Origin: Octopus vulgaris
Taxonomy: Eukaryota
DNA length: 64,000 nucleotides
Reading direction: 5' to 3'
NCBI GenBank assembly: GCA_951406725.2
Contig: OX597824.1
Span: forward strand, 26,722,001-26,786,000
Below, one piece after another: positions 51,818-64,000 of this stretch. The notes beneath the pieces are model-generated. The model was not told the DNA's origin and did not search any database. It saw only the letters and a program-made list of their open reading frames with translations. Numbering within the stretch: position 1 is the first letter of the stretch; every line of letters starts with the position of its first letter. Position numbers and translations under genes: made by a program.

Positions 51818-52995
51818 TCTCTTATTATAAAAGGCAGATTTTATCTGCCTCCCTTTGGGAGTTATACAAATCTACAATATAGGATTTCTTCAATTACAAT
51901 TTACCTAGCATTTTTAAGAGTACAATGCATCGCGTCATACCAGGTCCAGTTTTTAAAATTTAAACTCCAATTAAGCAAAATTTACAGAAAACTCACATTC
52001 TGGTGTGTGTGTCAAATGCCTTTCTTAGTCTGGTTTACACCACACGCAAACGCACACACACAGTGTGCGACGAATAAAATGAAAGTAAATGTAATATTTG
52101 TTTCTGTCTATCACGCTGATAGATACATGAGTAAAATGTATGGGAAGCTAACAGATAACAGTGAGTGAAAATGTTCTTGGAAGAGAGTAAATTAGCGACA
52201 GAGTGATTTGAGCAAGACTAAACTGAAAGTATGAAACAGTGTTTATGTATAAACAGACGACACTTATATAAACCCTTTCGTTACCAAACCGCCCGAATTT
52301 ACCTATTCATATTTAAATGAGAATATCAGAGTAAATCTCTTTAGTACATTCGTGAAAACACGTATTATACTTCGTAAACACTTCAAATACAGTTTTGTAC
52401 AAAAATCGAAGTGTAATTTTAATTCCGTGAATTATGGGAGATTTTTTTCCGAAATTTGTTCCTATTGTGTTTTCAAAATTTGTAATTCTGACAAAAAATG
52501 GATACGAATTTCATTATATCAAGCAGCGAGTCAGAATTCGAAGGATTTTCTACTGAAGACCTTCATAAATCTAACTCTATGACTGAAAAAAAAAAGCATC
52601 TTTATATAAGAGTGAAGTTGTGTGTCTGTCCCCTTCGATTTAGATTCGTAACTACTCCCACATTTTGCCGTGAAGTTTAACCAAAAGCGGGTATCTTATA
52701 GTCGTGATTCATATCGAGCCCTTCTGGGTATTAGCGCGCGTCTACGATGAGTCTACGATTTAAAAAAAATTTACCATCATATTTTTCCATTTTAATGCAT
52801 TTTTTTCGCTATTATATAAGGGAAGTAACTCTCTAAAAATATCTACGATGTGTCAACGATTTTAAAAAAAAATTTACCTTAATTTTTTTTCAATTTTTAA
52901 TGCATTTTTTTGCTATTTTTTGGCTATAACTCTCTTAAAAATGCTTATATAGTTATTTCCCTTACAACCCGAGCAACGCCGGGCGATACTGCTAG
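51818..52995 (+). mobile_element. Composite non-autonomous Helitron (core unit 52599-52995)
   Basis: 5' a/TCtcttattataaaag and a second 5' end a/TCtttatataagagtgaagttgtgtgtctgtc. 3' hairpin cccg-agcaacgc-cggg followed by CTAG/t. Inserted between A and T; internal repeat of about 70 bp x2. Confidence 0.75.
52273..52597 (+). mobile_element. piggyBac-like left end and transposase N-terminus within the Helitron
   Basis: taaa/CCCTTTcgttacc terminus followed by MDTNFIISSSESEFEGFSTEDL, an acidic SxSEFEGF motif common at piggyBac transposase N-termini. Confidence 0.45.
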
Positions 52996-53037
<42 letters not shown>

Positions 53038-53882
53038 TGATATATTTGCACACACATACACACATAAATGCAAACACAAAAGCGCACACGCACACACACA
53101 TACACACACACGCACTCACACACACATATATAGAGAGAGACAGACTGAGAAAGATAAATGCAGGCTCACGCACACATATGTATACACACGCATACACATA
53201 TACACTCATATGAAAGTTTGTGTCATTGTAAGGTGGGGTGGGGGAGGTATTTATGAGACACATATATCAAATATCGCCCTAAATAACGAAATGCCACGAA
53301 CGTGTATGTGCGTATGTGTGCATGCATATGTGTGCATATGTGTGTATGTGTGGGTGTTTGGGTGCTATGTTTACAGCTAATTAGTAATGGTTCGATTGTC
53401 TAAATGGAATATTAATTCAATTAGGTAATATTTCAGACTTAACCTCTGATCCCTTTTCCCCCCTTACAAGCAAACTGTCACTTTGCCATATTGTTCTCCT
53501 CAAACTTGGAGCTATAAATTCTGTAGCCTCTACTCACACATAATATACACATCACACTACACATCACACTCGTACATATAGTTATATAATTAAATTATGA
53601 ATGATACTGAATAAACACAAGGATACTATTTAACTAAACGTAGATTAAAACTAGCTGCTCACATACCCTGGCGACCAGAACAACACCATTGTAAAATAGC
53701 TTTCAAATAATGTACACCACTGATGAGCTGGAGGACTGAACTTAGAGTGAATACCTTAGCGTGAATGCTTTAGCACGGTTTCTATGACTGGATGCCTTTC
53801 TTAATGCCAAATACTTCACAGAGTGTAGAGTGCTTTTTTCTATGGCACCAGCATTCTTGATGTCACCAAGCAACTTTATTTT

Positions 53883-54290
53883 AAGGCGGCGAGCTGGCAG
53901 AAACGTTAGCACGTCGGGCGAAATGCGTAGCGGTATTTCGTCTGTCGTTACGTTCCGAGTTCAAATTCCGCCGAGGTCGACTTTGCCTTTCATCCTCTCG
54001 GGGTCGATAAATTAAGTACCAGTTACGCACTGGGGTCGATGTAATCGACATAATACCTATGTCTGTCCTTGTTTGTCCCCTCTATGTTTAGCCCCTGGTG
54101 GGTAATAAAGAAATAGGTATTTCGTCTGTCGTTACGTTCCGAGTTCAAATTCCGCCGAGGTCGACTTTGCCTTTCCTCCTCTCGGGGTCGATAAATTAAG
54201 TACCAGTTACGCACTGGGGTCGATATATCCGACTTAATCCATTGGTTTATCCCCCTCTGTGTTTAGCCCCTTGTGGGTAGTAAAGAAATA
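53883..54290 (+). mobile_element. SINE A dimer with 12-bp outer TSD
   Basis: TSD aactttatttta; two bodies with different tail-2 variants. Confidence 0.92.
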
Positions 54291-56049
54291 AACTTTATTT
54301 TATCAAATTTACCATAGAGGCAGTACAAAGATGGGTAGCTTTGCGGGCTGGACAAGACATTGATGAGGCGAATGATAATAATACAGGATGATAAGGATGG
54401 GAGAAGACAGAAAGCGCCCGCCGACCCTCTGCTTCTCTATAACATTGTTCTTTTAATAAGACAAATCTTGAGGTAATGACCCTTTTACAATTTACAATAT
54501 TTTACAATTACTTGGACTAAGAAGCCTATTACAATTTAAAACATAATAAGATACATATTGAGGCGATGAACCTCTTACCTCAGGTTCCCGATTAATTCTC
54601 TTGCGACCTGCAGGAATCCCTGCATCCGCAATTTGGGTACCAAGAACATAATCTATAATCCTCCCTTGGGAAGGAGACTGATGTGTGAGATAAATCCTCT
54701 CTTTTTCCAGTAGCAGGGCAGCCACCTGCGGAGGCCACTCTGGTCTGTCAATGAAAGACGGTCCCATTAGTTCCAGACTCAGAACGATATTTTCCACATA
54801 ATTATCAATGGCCCCCTCCCCTGTGATAGAGGAACTTGCAAAACCAAGCAACTTGCATGATCAGACTCCTTCAGCTGAGATGAGGACTAGTACTAAGTGA
54901 GGTAGCTTTATGTCAGATGATGGGAGGTTAAATTTTGATGGAGGGACAGAAACAATTATATTGCAGCAGATGAGATACATGGTTACACCGGTTAGAAAAG
55001 GAGAGAAGATGGTGAAAAGGTGTCAGGGCGTACCCTCAAGTTACAGGGTACACTCTAAGAAATAGGAAGATGATGTGAAGCGTGGTGTGTGGGAGGGGGA
55101 GCGATACACTGTAATAAGGATGCAGATTAAATGTATGAATATGAAGTATGTGTGAGTGATGACCAATATGATAGGATATCAAACAGAACAATACAATGTT
55201 AAGAAATTATATTGAGAATACAAGGTGGATGACAAAAAGAGATGGCTTCAGGGTGTGTATAAGCGGGTAGCCCCAAAGTTGGGGATGGAATCTGTGCATC
55301 TTTACTTAGAAGTACTGCAGCTGAGTATATAGTGTTGTTGTAGTTATAAGTGTGGTGGTGGGATGGGTGCGGGCTGGGAAGAAGGGTTGTTGGGACGGCT
55401 TGAAGACCGAAGACTACCATTATTATGGCGCAGAAAAATTCAACAACCAGCATAAGACAGGCCAATATCACTTGGCCGGATGCACAGCAAATCTCAACAA
55501 ACAGGAAATGATAAGGTCAAATTGCTGTCCAAAGTAAACGAGAGCCCGTTGGAATTGAGAATGGGATTTTACTAGTCTCATCGTTCGAAACCCCAGAAAT
55601 ATTTTAAAATTCAGTCGAAAAAAATATTGTGTATTATTAATAATTTAGATTGGGATAAATTTACTTATCAGCCTTTAAGGTCAAATATGATGTCATTTTA
55701 TTTTATTCTTTTATCTAGTTTCAGCTCACGAGCTGTGGCCATGCTGGGGCACCACCATGTCATGTTCTAGTCTTATTAATAATTAACTGTAGTGTTTTCT
55801 CATAAATGCAATGTATTGTGAATACGTTAAACGTCAATATTATTTTCGCCAGTTGTTATTATATTTTGTTATCTAACTAGCAAAGAATTCTGGAAAAAGA
55901 AAAAAAAATTGCTGCATCATAGCCTTCTTATCGAAATCCATTCACGAAATACTCTTTTGTCAACTGAATGAAGTACTGTGTTTAAAAAAGAAACAATAAA
56001 AAAAAATGTAGCTTGTTATACTGATTGAAAGACCTCGACTAAAAAAGCA

Positions 56050-56115
<66 letters not shown>

Positions 56116-56432
56116 GAAATAAACAAAATAAAACAAGGGAATAAGAAACAAACGACGAGTCGTTGTTGTCGATGTTCTGCAAACAGACAAAATTTTTATT
56201 GTTGGACAAGTGTAGTTTCCGGTATGTCGACAATAGAGGTTTCCGCTTGGGATGTGATACATTTTTATTATTAACTTCTATGAAAAATAAATGTGGTTTT
56301 CGTCATCGGCATACAAAACTAGATGAGTTTAAGAACTTCGAAATATTCTGATGATGTGAAGGACACAGTGAGGATCCACTTCTTCTTCTTCTTTTTTTTC
56401 TTCTTCTTCTTCTTCTTCTTCTTCTTCTTCTT

Positions 56433-56461
<29 letters not shown>

Positions 56462-56463
<2 letters not shown>

Positions 56464-56870
56464 AAGTGCTGAGCTAGCAAAATGCTTAGCGTGCCGGGCA
56501 AAATGCTTAGCGGTGTTCCGCCCGTCGCTACGTCCTGAGTTCAGATTTCGCCGAGGTCGACTTTGCCTTTCAACTTTTCGGGGTCGATAAATTAAGTACC
56601 AGTTTGACACTGGGGTCGATGTAATCGACTTAATTCGTTTGTCTGTCCTTGTTTGTCCACTCTATGTTTAGCTTCTTGTGAGTGGTAAAGAAATAGGTAT
56701 TTAGCACGCCGGGCAAAATGCTTAGCGGGGTTTCGCCCGTCGCTACGTCTTGAGTACGAATTCCGCCGAGGTCGAGTTTAAATTTTATCCTTTCGGGGTT
56801 GATAAAATAAGTACCAGTTGAGCACTGGGTTCCATGTAATCGAATAGTCTCCTTGTGCCAAAGTTTGAAA
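56462..56870 (+). mobile_element. SINE A dimer
   Basis: Body + tail 2, then a restart at ttagcacgccgggc, ending with a tail-1 remnant. Confidence 0.85.
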
Positions 56871-57339
56871 TTTTTATTGTTGCTTGCTCTACTTTTACTC
56901 ATGTATATGTGTGCGCTTGAGCTAGGGAAGCGTCAGTTAATAGATTTACAACATTTGTTTGTAAATATCAAAAATTCTAATCTCCCACCCGTAGTAATAA
57001 AATTACTATTTCTTTACCGTTCCTTATATTTTCTTCCCCCTTAGAGTCAGCCTTACAAAATCGAATATTTCTCTGTTGTTCTAAATAGTGGGGAGTTAAC
57101 AACGCTTATTGCTTTCACGAAATCTATTGAGAATTTGCTTTTCATGCCAATATGTCCTTTTGATACTAGCTTTTGCCTTTTGATTCCATTTGATGTTTTT
57201 GTTTGGTAGATTTGTTTCTGCTTTAGTTACTTCCTTGCTTTGATGGGGTTTCAACATATTTTTTTCAAAATTTCTCGACAGGAATCCTTTTCCTTTCTTA
57301 TTTTTCCCCATTTATTTTGTTAGTAAAATATTCTATTGG

Positions 57340-57376
<37 letters not shown>

Positions 57377-57851
57377 CACACACTCACACATGTCTATATA
57401 ATATACATATATAATCATCTCTTTATACGCACATAAGAATATATAAAAATATCTTCCGCGTTTAAGTTCTTTTTTAGGCGTTGTTTTGGGTAGCCTCCAT
57501 TTTGTATAATTAATGTGTAAACAACTTTCATTTCACCGATTCGATTTAAACCGACTAAATCTGTGTTCGTTTAACATCAAAAAAGTAAAATTATCATTAA
57601 CAACAACAAGAGAAACAACATCTTCAAGAACATTTAAAGCGTAATATATTTTTTAATCTTGTATTCATTTCAGTCATTCGACGGCAGCATTAATGGGGCA
57701 CGGCCTTGAAGGGATTTCAGTTGATCCAAGATTTAAAAAAAAAATTTGGTCCCTATTCTATCTCTCTTTTCTGCTGAACCACTGGGTTACGGGAACGTAA
57801 ATAAATCAACACCGGTTAAGTGGGAGGTACTGTAAACATAAACTCAAGGAC

Positions 57852-58074
57852 ACGCGCGTGCTGAAAAGTTCCTGGCTTTAAGCGCAGCCCGAAAGGCCTA
57901 GTTGGAAGACCAAACTTCCGAGTTCTTTTACAGGACTTAGAAAAAAAGAAGGGCCGCTGCAATAAGTGTGTGAATCTGAGAGGGGAATATGTTGGATAAA
58001 ATCATAATTAACTGATCCTCCCGTATTTTCTTTTACTCAGAGCCAGCAACTTTTCACTTTTCAGCACCCATTCG
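57852..58074 (+). mobile_element. Mariner deletion derivative (MITE)
   Basis: TIRs gtgctgaaaagttcctggct and agccagcaacttttc..cagcac..cg followed by TA. Internal RCNKCVNLRGEYVG* matches the mariner transposase C-terminus. Confidence 0.8.
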
Positions 58075-58124
58075 TATATATACATGCATACATACATACA
58101 TACATACATACATACATACATACA

Positions 58125-58160
<36 letters not shown>

Positions 58161-58533
58161 TATATATACACAACTGCCCGAAACTGTAAGGACATCTGGT
58201 AACTTGACTGACGAAAGAAGGCCACGAATGACCTGTCCCTTTTTTCTTGTCCCTCTAATTGTTATTTTTCTTTTGTATCGTCAATCTGTCCAGATATTTT
58301 ATTGTACTATATTGTATTTTTGTTCCATGTTATATATATATATATATATATATATACATAAATAAACATCTTTTAAAATTGCATTTTCAAACCTTCTTTC
58401 ATATATATATATATATATATACACATCTAATATAGGATAAAATTTTTTCGAAAAAATTTTTTATCAATGTCCAGCATATCAAAAAATACCTTTAAAGGTT
58501 AAATTTATAAACAGCCCTTGTTTATAAGTTGTA

Positions 58534-58569
<36 letters not shown>

Positions 58570-58658
58570 TGTATGTATGTATGTATGTATGTATGTATGT
58601 ATGTATGTATGTATGTATGTATGTATGTATATATATATATATTATGTATGTATGTATG

Positions 58659-58818
<160 letters not shown>

Positions 58819-59059
58819 ATATTTATATATGACGACTTTCCACGTAATTTCCATCTACCAATTTCACTCACAATGCAAGGTATTGGTCGATCCAAAGCTT
58901 AACTTCTCCAAGGTGCGAAGCAGTGGAGTTGAACGCGTAGAGATTTGATTTTACGTAGGCAGTGCAATGAAAATTTTGATACCAAATAATAAATGATTAT
59001 GTTAACCGCATCTGTGTATTTTTGAATGTCTAAGTTCAGTCTTTCATACTGAATTTGTA

Positions 59060-59207
59060 ACATTTATATAGTTTTCTCAACAGTCTTCTAGTCTTTGTTT
59101 CAAATTATCTGGGCACGTTTCATCTAGTAAATAGTCAATCTCGTTGGCATAAAGAATTTCCAGTTCCACTTATGTAATCCTCCTTGCACGTGGGGCAGGT
59201 TATTACC
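59060..59207 (-). mobile_element. Penelope-like GIY-YIG endonuclease fragment, degraded
   Basis: VITCPTCKEDYISGTGNSLCQR resembles the IxCxxCxxxYIGETxxxLxxR motif; cut by a SINE B. Confidence 0.55.
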
Positions 59208-59362
59208 CTTTTACTTGTTTCAGTCATTTGACTGCGGCCATGCTGGAGCACCAGCTTTAGTCGAGCAAATGGACCCCAGAACTTATTCTTTGTAAGCCTA
59301 GTACTTATTCTATCGGTCTCTTTTGCCGAACCGATGGTAGGGGGACAAACACAAACACACAA

Positions 59363-59393
<31 letters not shown>

Positions 59394-59566
59394 CATATAT
59401 ACGACGGGCTTCCTTGAGTTTCCGTCTACCAAATCCACTCACAAGGCTTTGGTCGGCCCAAGGCTATAGTAGAAGAAAGTTGCACAAGGTGCTACGCAGT
59501 AGGAATGGCGTCGGAACCATGTGGTTGGTAAACAAGCTACTTACCACATAGCCACTCCTGCGCCTA
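59208..59566 (-). mobile_element. SINE family B
   Basis: Near-consensus head aggcgcaggagtggctatgtggtaagtagc and tail. Confidence 0.9.
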
Positions 59567-59852
59567 TTATAGCCCACAATTTTTGGTTTTTCAGTTTCTC
59601 CATCGGTTTCCTGAATATCGAAGACTAGAAACTCATTTGCCATGATTTGGGAAGGTTCACTTTCGAAAACACACGAACACAAACACACAAACACACATAT
59701 TTGCAGATTAAAATATTTTTTGTACACCACAAAACTAGGAATATACAAGCTTAAAGTACATGAACACATATACACATTCATAGATACGCATACTCACATA
59801 TACATACCGTCACACATATATACATACATATCTGCCTATATATCTACTTACC

Positions 59853-59941
<89 letters not shown>

Positions 59942-60447
59942 ATGTGCGTGTGTATAAATAAACAGTATATACGTGCATAATATACACGCATAGATTCAAA
60001 TTAAATGTAAGTGCACACTTACAAATTCCGGTCTAAGTTACAAATATTTAGCTTCATGAATACATAACGATATAAAATGGTTTCCTTTACATTGATTCAA
60101 CATGTTTTTCTACCTTCAATTTCTGAGCTCTTTTGTTATGGCAAAATAAAAAAAAAATACTATTTAATTTACTCCCGCTGTTCGTTTTCAAGTGTTGACG
60201 AAAATGTTTATTTTTCTTTCAAGCTTCTGCTTTTCTTTTCACGCCAAAGAAAAAAAAAAGCAACGAAAGAGCAAAATAAGAAGAAAAAAAATCGAAATGT
60301 AAAGAAAGAAAAATTAAAATGATGCTATGTTGTAGGATTCTTTTTCTCATTTATAAGAGTTTATAAAGAAAATAGCATGATGTAAATATGTATATGTGTG
60401 GATATATATATATATATATATATATATATGGATATATATATATGTAT

Positions 60448-60495
<48 letters not shown>

Positions 60496-60600
60496 ATATA
60501 TATATAGATGTATGGATATATATATAGATATATATATATATATGGATATATATATATATATGTGTATATATATATATATATTTGTATGTATGCACAAATG

Positions 60601-60684
<84 letters not shown>

Positions 60685-60879
60685 GCGTTTATTTCTTTCA
60701 CAAACACGTTCATAGACACATTTATAGATACGCCTAGTTGTCCGTACACTTACGTGTTTTGTGGAATGAATACCCTAGCATTGATGTTTTCTCTTTTTAT
60801 CACGAAACATTCAGTTCCGCGTTCAAACCCAACTAAGTTCGACTTATCACTCCTTACTCTTCTATAATAATATTTTGTA

Positions 60880-61535
60880 CTGAAGGCACAAGGAGAGCAA
60901 TTTCAAGGGAGAGGGTTGTGTAACTCGATCATATCGACCTCAGTACTGAATTGATACTTATTTTATCGACCTGGAGAGGATGAAAGCTGTTGTCGACCTC
61001 GGCAGAATTTGAACACACAGCCTTATTTACTGACAATATGATATTGATCTCCGATTTTGGCACAAGGCCAGCAATTTCGAGGGAGTGGGTAAGTCGATCA
61101 CATTGCCCCAGTGCTCTACTGGTACTAACTTTATCAACTCTGAAAGGATGAAAGACAAAGTCGATTATCGACCCCGAAAGGGATGCGAGGCAAAATCGAC
61201 CTCGGCGGAATTTGAACTCAGAACGTAACGCCGGACGTTTTGCCCAGCGTTTTGCCAACCGAGCTAACTCTTCTGCTAGCTCACCGCCTTATTTACAGAC
61301 AATAATATTGAAATATGATTTAAGGCAGTAAGCAAGCAAAATCGTTAGTATGCCGGACAAAATAATGCCTAGAAGCAATTCGTCCGTCTTTACCTTCTGA
61401 ATTCGAATGTCACCGGAGCCGACTTTGTCTTCCATGTTTTGGGATCGATAAAACAGGTATCAGTTGAGCACTGGGGTCGATGTAATCGAATCAACCCTCC
61501 TCCAGTATTGCTGGCCTAGTGCTAATATTTGAAAT
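60880..61535. mobile_element. SINE A cluster: two minus copies and one plus copy head-to-head
   Basis: 60880-61020 (-), 61052-61290 (-), 61322-61535 (+). Confidence 0.8.
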
Positions 61536-61577
61536 CAATATTAGAATTTACTAATTACCCTCGATATTAAAAAAACA

Positions 61578-62352
61578 TGGTTTCGTGGTAAGACGCTTGC
61601 TTTCCAACAACATGGTTCCAAGTTCAGTCCCACTACCTGGCACCTTGGTGCAAGTGTCTTCTACTGTAGCCTCGGACCGACGAAAATCTTGTGAGTAGAT
61701 TTTGTAGAAGGAAGCTAAAAGAAGCCCGTCGTGTGTGTGCGTGAGTGTGTGTGTGTGTGTGTGTGTGTTTGTCCCCACTGCTTGACAACCGGTACTGATG
61801 TGTTTACGTTCACGTAACTTAGCAGTTAGGTAAAAGAAACCGATAAAATAAGTATCAGGCTTAAAAAATAAATAAACACTGGGGCCGATTCGTTCGACTA
61901 AATCTCTTTAGACGTTGCTCCAGTATGACCACAGTCTAATGACTGAAACAAGTAAACCAGAAAAGGCATATATTACAGGCTTCTTTATTTTCCTTCTAGC
62001 AAATCCACTCAGAAGGCTTTGCTGGGCCCGAAGCTATAGTAGCAGACACTTGCCCAAGATACTGCACAGTGGGATTGAACCCAGAATCATGTTACTGTGA
62101 AGCAACCTCTTACTTGCACCATGTTCACCTAAATTTTTATTAACATGTTTAACAATATTTACAGGAGTGTGATTGCCAGCATCAAAATTAATATTTTTAT
62201 CATAAACATAGCTGTGCAGTTAAGAAGCCCGCTTTGTAACCAAATGATTTTGGTTTCAGTCCTATGGCGCAGTACCTTCTACTACAGCTCTGGATCGAGT
62301 AATGCCTTGCAAAAGAGTCTGGTTGATGGAAAGTGTGGGGGAAGCTGCCGTT
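61578..62352. mobile_element. SINE B cluster
   Basis: 61578-61956 (+), 61975-62120 (-), 62208-62352 (+, degraded). Confidence 0.75.
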
Positions 62353-62368
62353 TATATTTTGTGTATGT

Positions 62369-62600
62369 AAGGCGGCGAGCTGGCAGAAACGTTAACACGT
62401 CCGGCGAAATGAGTAGCCGTATTTCGTCTGCCGTTACGCTCTGGATTCAAATTCCGCCGAGGTCGACTTTGCCTTTCATCCTTTCGGGGTCGATAAATTA
62501 AGTACCAGTTACGCACTGGGGTCGATATAATCGACTTAATCCGTTCTTCTGTCCTTGTTTGTCCTCTCTGTGTTTAGCCCCTTGTGGATAGTAAAGAAAT
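62369..62600 (+). mobile_element. SINE A monomer (tail 2) with 17-bp TSD
   Basis: TSD tatattttgtgtatgta on both sides. Confidence 0.92.
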
Positions 62601-62980
62601 ATATATTTTGTGTATGTATTGTATATGTGTATGTGTGAGTCTTTGTGCCTGAGTTTGTTCTCCTATTTCTTAAGTATGATACGAAGTCTTTAAACACGAA
62701 ACAAAGCAAAAAGAATATTGTATTTCCGAGGATCAAGCCATTGAAACAAGACAAATATTGTGAAAGAAGGGACGTTTTAAAATGTGGGTTTATATTAATA
62801 GTTGTTTATTCAGGGTTTATTGAATTCCAATAAACAAAGCTGAAAAATTAGTTAAATCGATTACAAGAAATTTTCATCTTTCTATAAAGACCACCTGGCA
62901 CCTGATCTGGGTCTATTTTGCAAACGATTCTGTTTGTGATGCGAAAAAAGGATAATTCTCATTGAACAGAAAATATCATC

Positions 62981-63140
<160 letters not shown>

Positions 63141-63141
63141 C

Positions 63142-63239
<98 letters not shown>

Positions 63240-64000
63240 GAGAGAAAAAGAGAGCGAGAGAGCTGGGGAGAAAGAGATAGGGAGAGAGAAGGAAATAGAT
63301 TCATATACATATATATATCATATTCTTATATATACATATATTATACAGAAATGTATGTTTGTGTGCGTGTGTACAGAAATCTGAAATGGTAATCCTTTCA
63401 GCAAACACACTGTGCGTGTATAGTGAAAGATGACTCTGAATATCGGGGAAAATTTTCGATAAAAGACGTAATGTTTTATCAGCTGAACAAGCGAAGGAAA
63501 AAAAAATAGCTCTTTAGCTTTTTGCAAGTGCAGGAATGTAATACAAAATACAATGTAATCAACTTCAATTGATCCCGGAAAACGAGGGAAAAACCTTACG
63601 TCAGTCCAATATAGCATTATTCATCCGCTGGTTTATCAGCCGATAAATTTTCCATTGAAGCAGACGTTAACATAAAGGTGACGCTTCTAAATTGTTTCGC
63701 TGCTGATGGACTTGTAGGAAGGAAAAAATGGAAAACGAAATGTCATTTAACTCTTTCCTATTTGCCTCTTACAAAAGTAATGTAGTTTTCTGATCCGATT
63801 TGTTTGGTCATTGTAAAAATCTGAAGTTCGTCATTTGCTGAATATCGATAATTCCAGCCAAATAACTGGACTATTATGTCGATCTTTCTGTATTGTTACA
63901 ATGTGACGATAAGTTGTATATAAAAGTCAAATGTAGAAATAGAAGAAAAAAGAAAACAGACGCCAATAATAATCAAAAGGATGTATAAAATAATGGAATG

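Noticed and set aside
54492-54851. 119-aa minus-strand ORF
   Set aside because: No recognisable motif, non-ATG start, and it lies among degraded repeats.
63400-63490. Possible + strand exon QTHCACIVKDDSEYRGKFSIKD
   Set aside because: Weak splice signals and no supporting homology.

Overview
AT-rich eukaryotic DNA, mostly non-coding, dominated by (TA)n, (CA)n, (TATC)n, (ATT)n, (AGT)n and (TTC)n microsatellites and dozens of tRNA-derived SINE copies. The repeat families and microsatellite load resemble a coleoid cephalopod (Octopus-like) genome; this is an inference. No intact host gene is visible, and nearly all ORFs in the track are microsatellite or SINE translations. Recognisable mobile-element remnants are an R4/Dong-type RT, a CR1 3' end, an RTE fragment, two Penelope-like GIY-YIG fragments, Gypsy LTR/gag-pro-RT pieces, a Tc1 transposase, mariner/pogo MITEs, a composite Helitron carrying a piggyBac-like end, and a 1.6-kb ORF1-only LINE derivative. 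Five observations stand out. (1) One SINE family appears to insert into copies of itself at a recurrent site, making headless tandem arrays whose bodies share locus-private variants while their tails differ. (2) The ORF1-only element ends in a sequence homologous to that SINE tail and itself lies between SINE copies. (3) Several short modules, mostly embedded in (TA)n, carry hammerhead-ribozyme-like motifs. (4) Near-perfect fold-back inversions recur beside (TA)n tracts. (5) Two phase-compatible candidate exons suggest the window may be mostly intron of an unidentified + strand gene. Coordinates were read by eye and may be off by a few bases.
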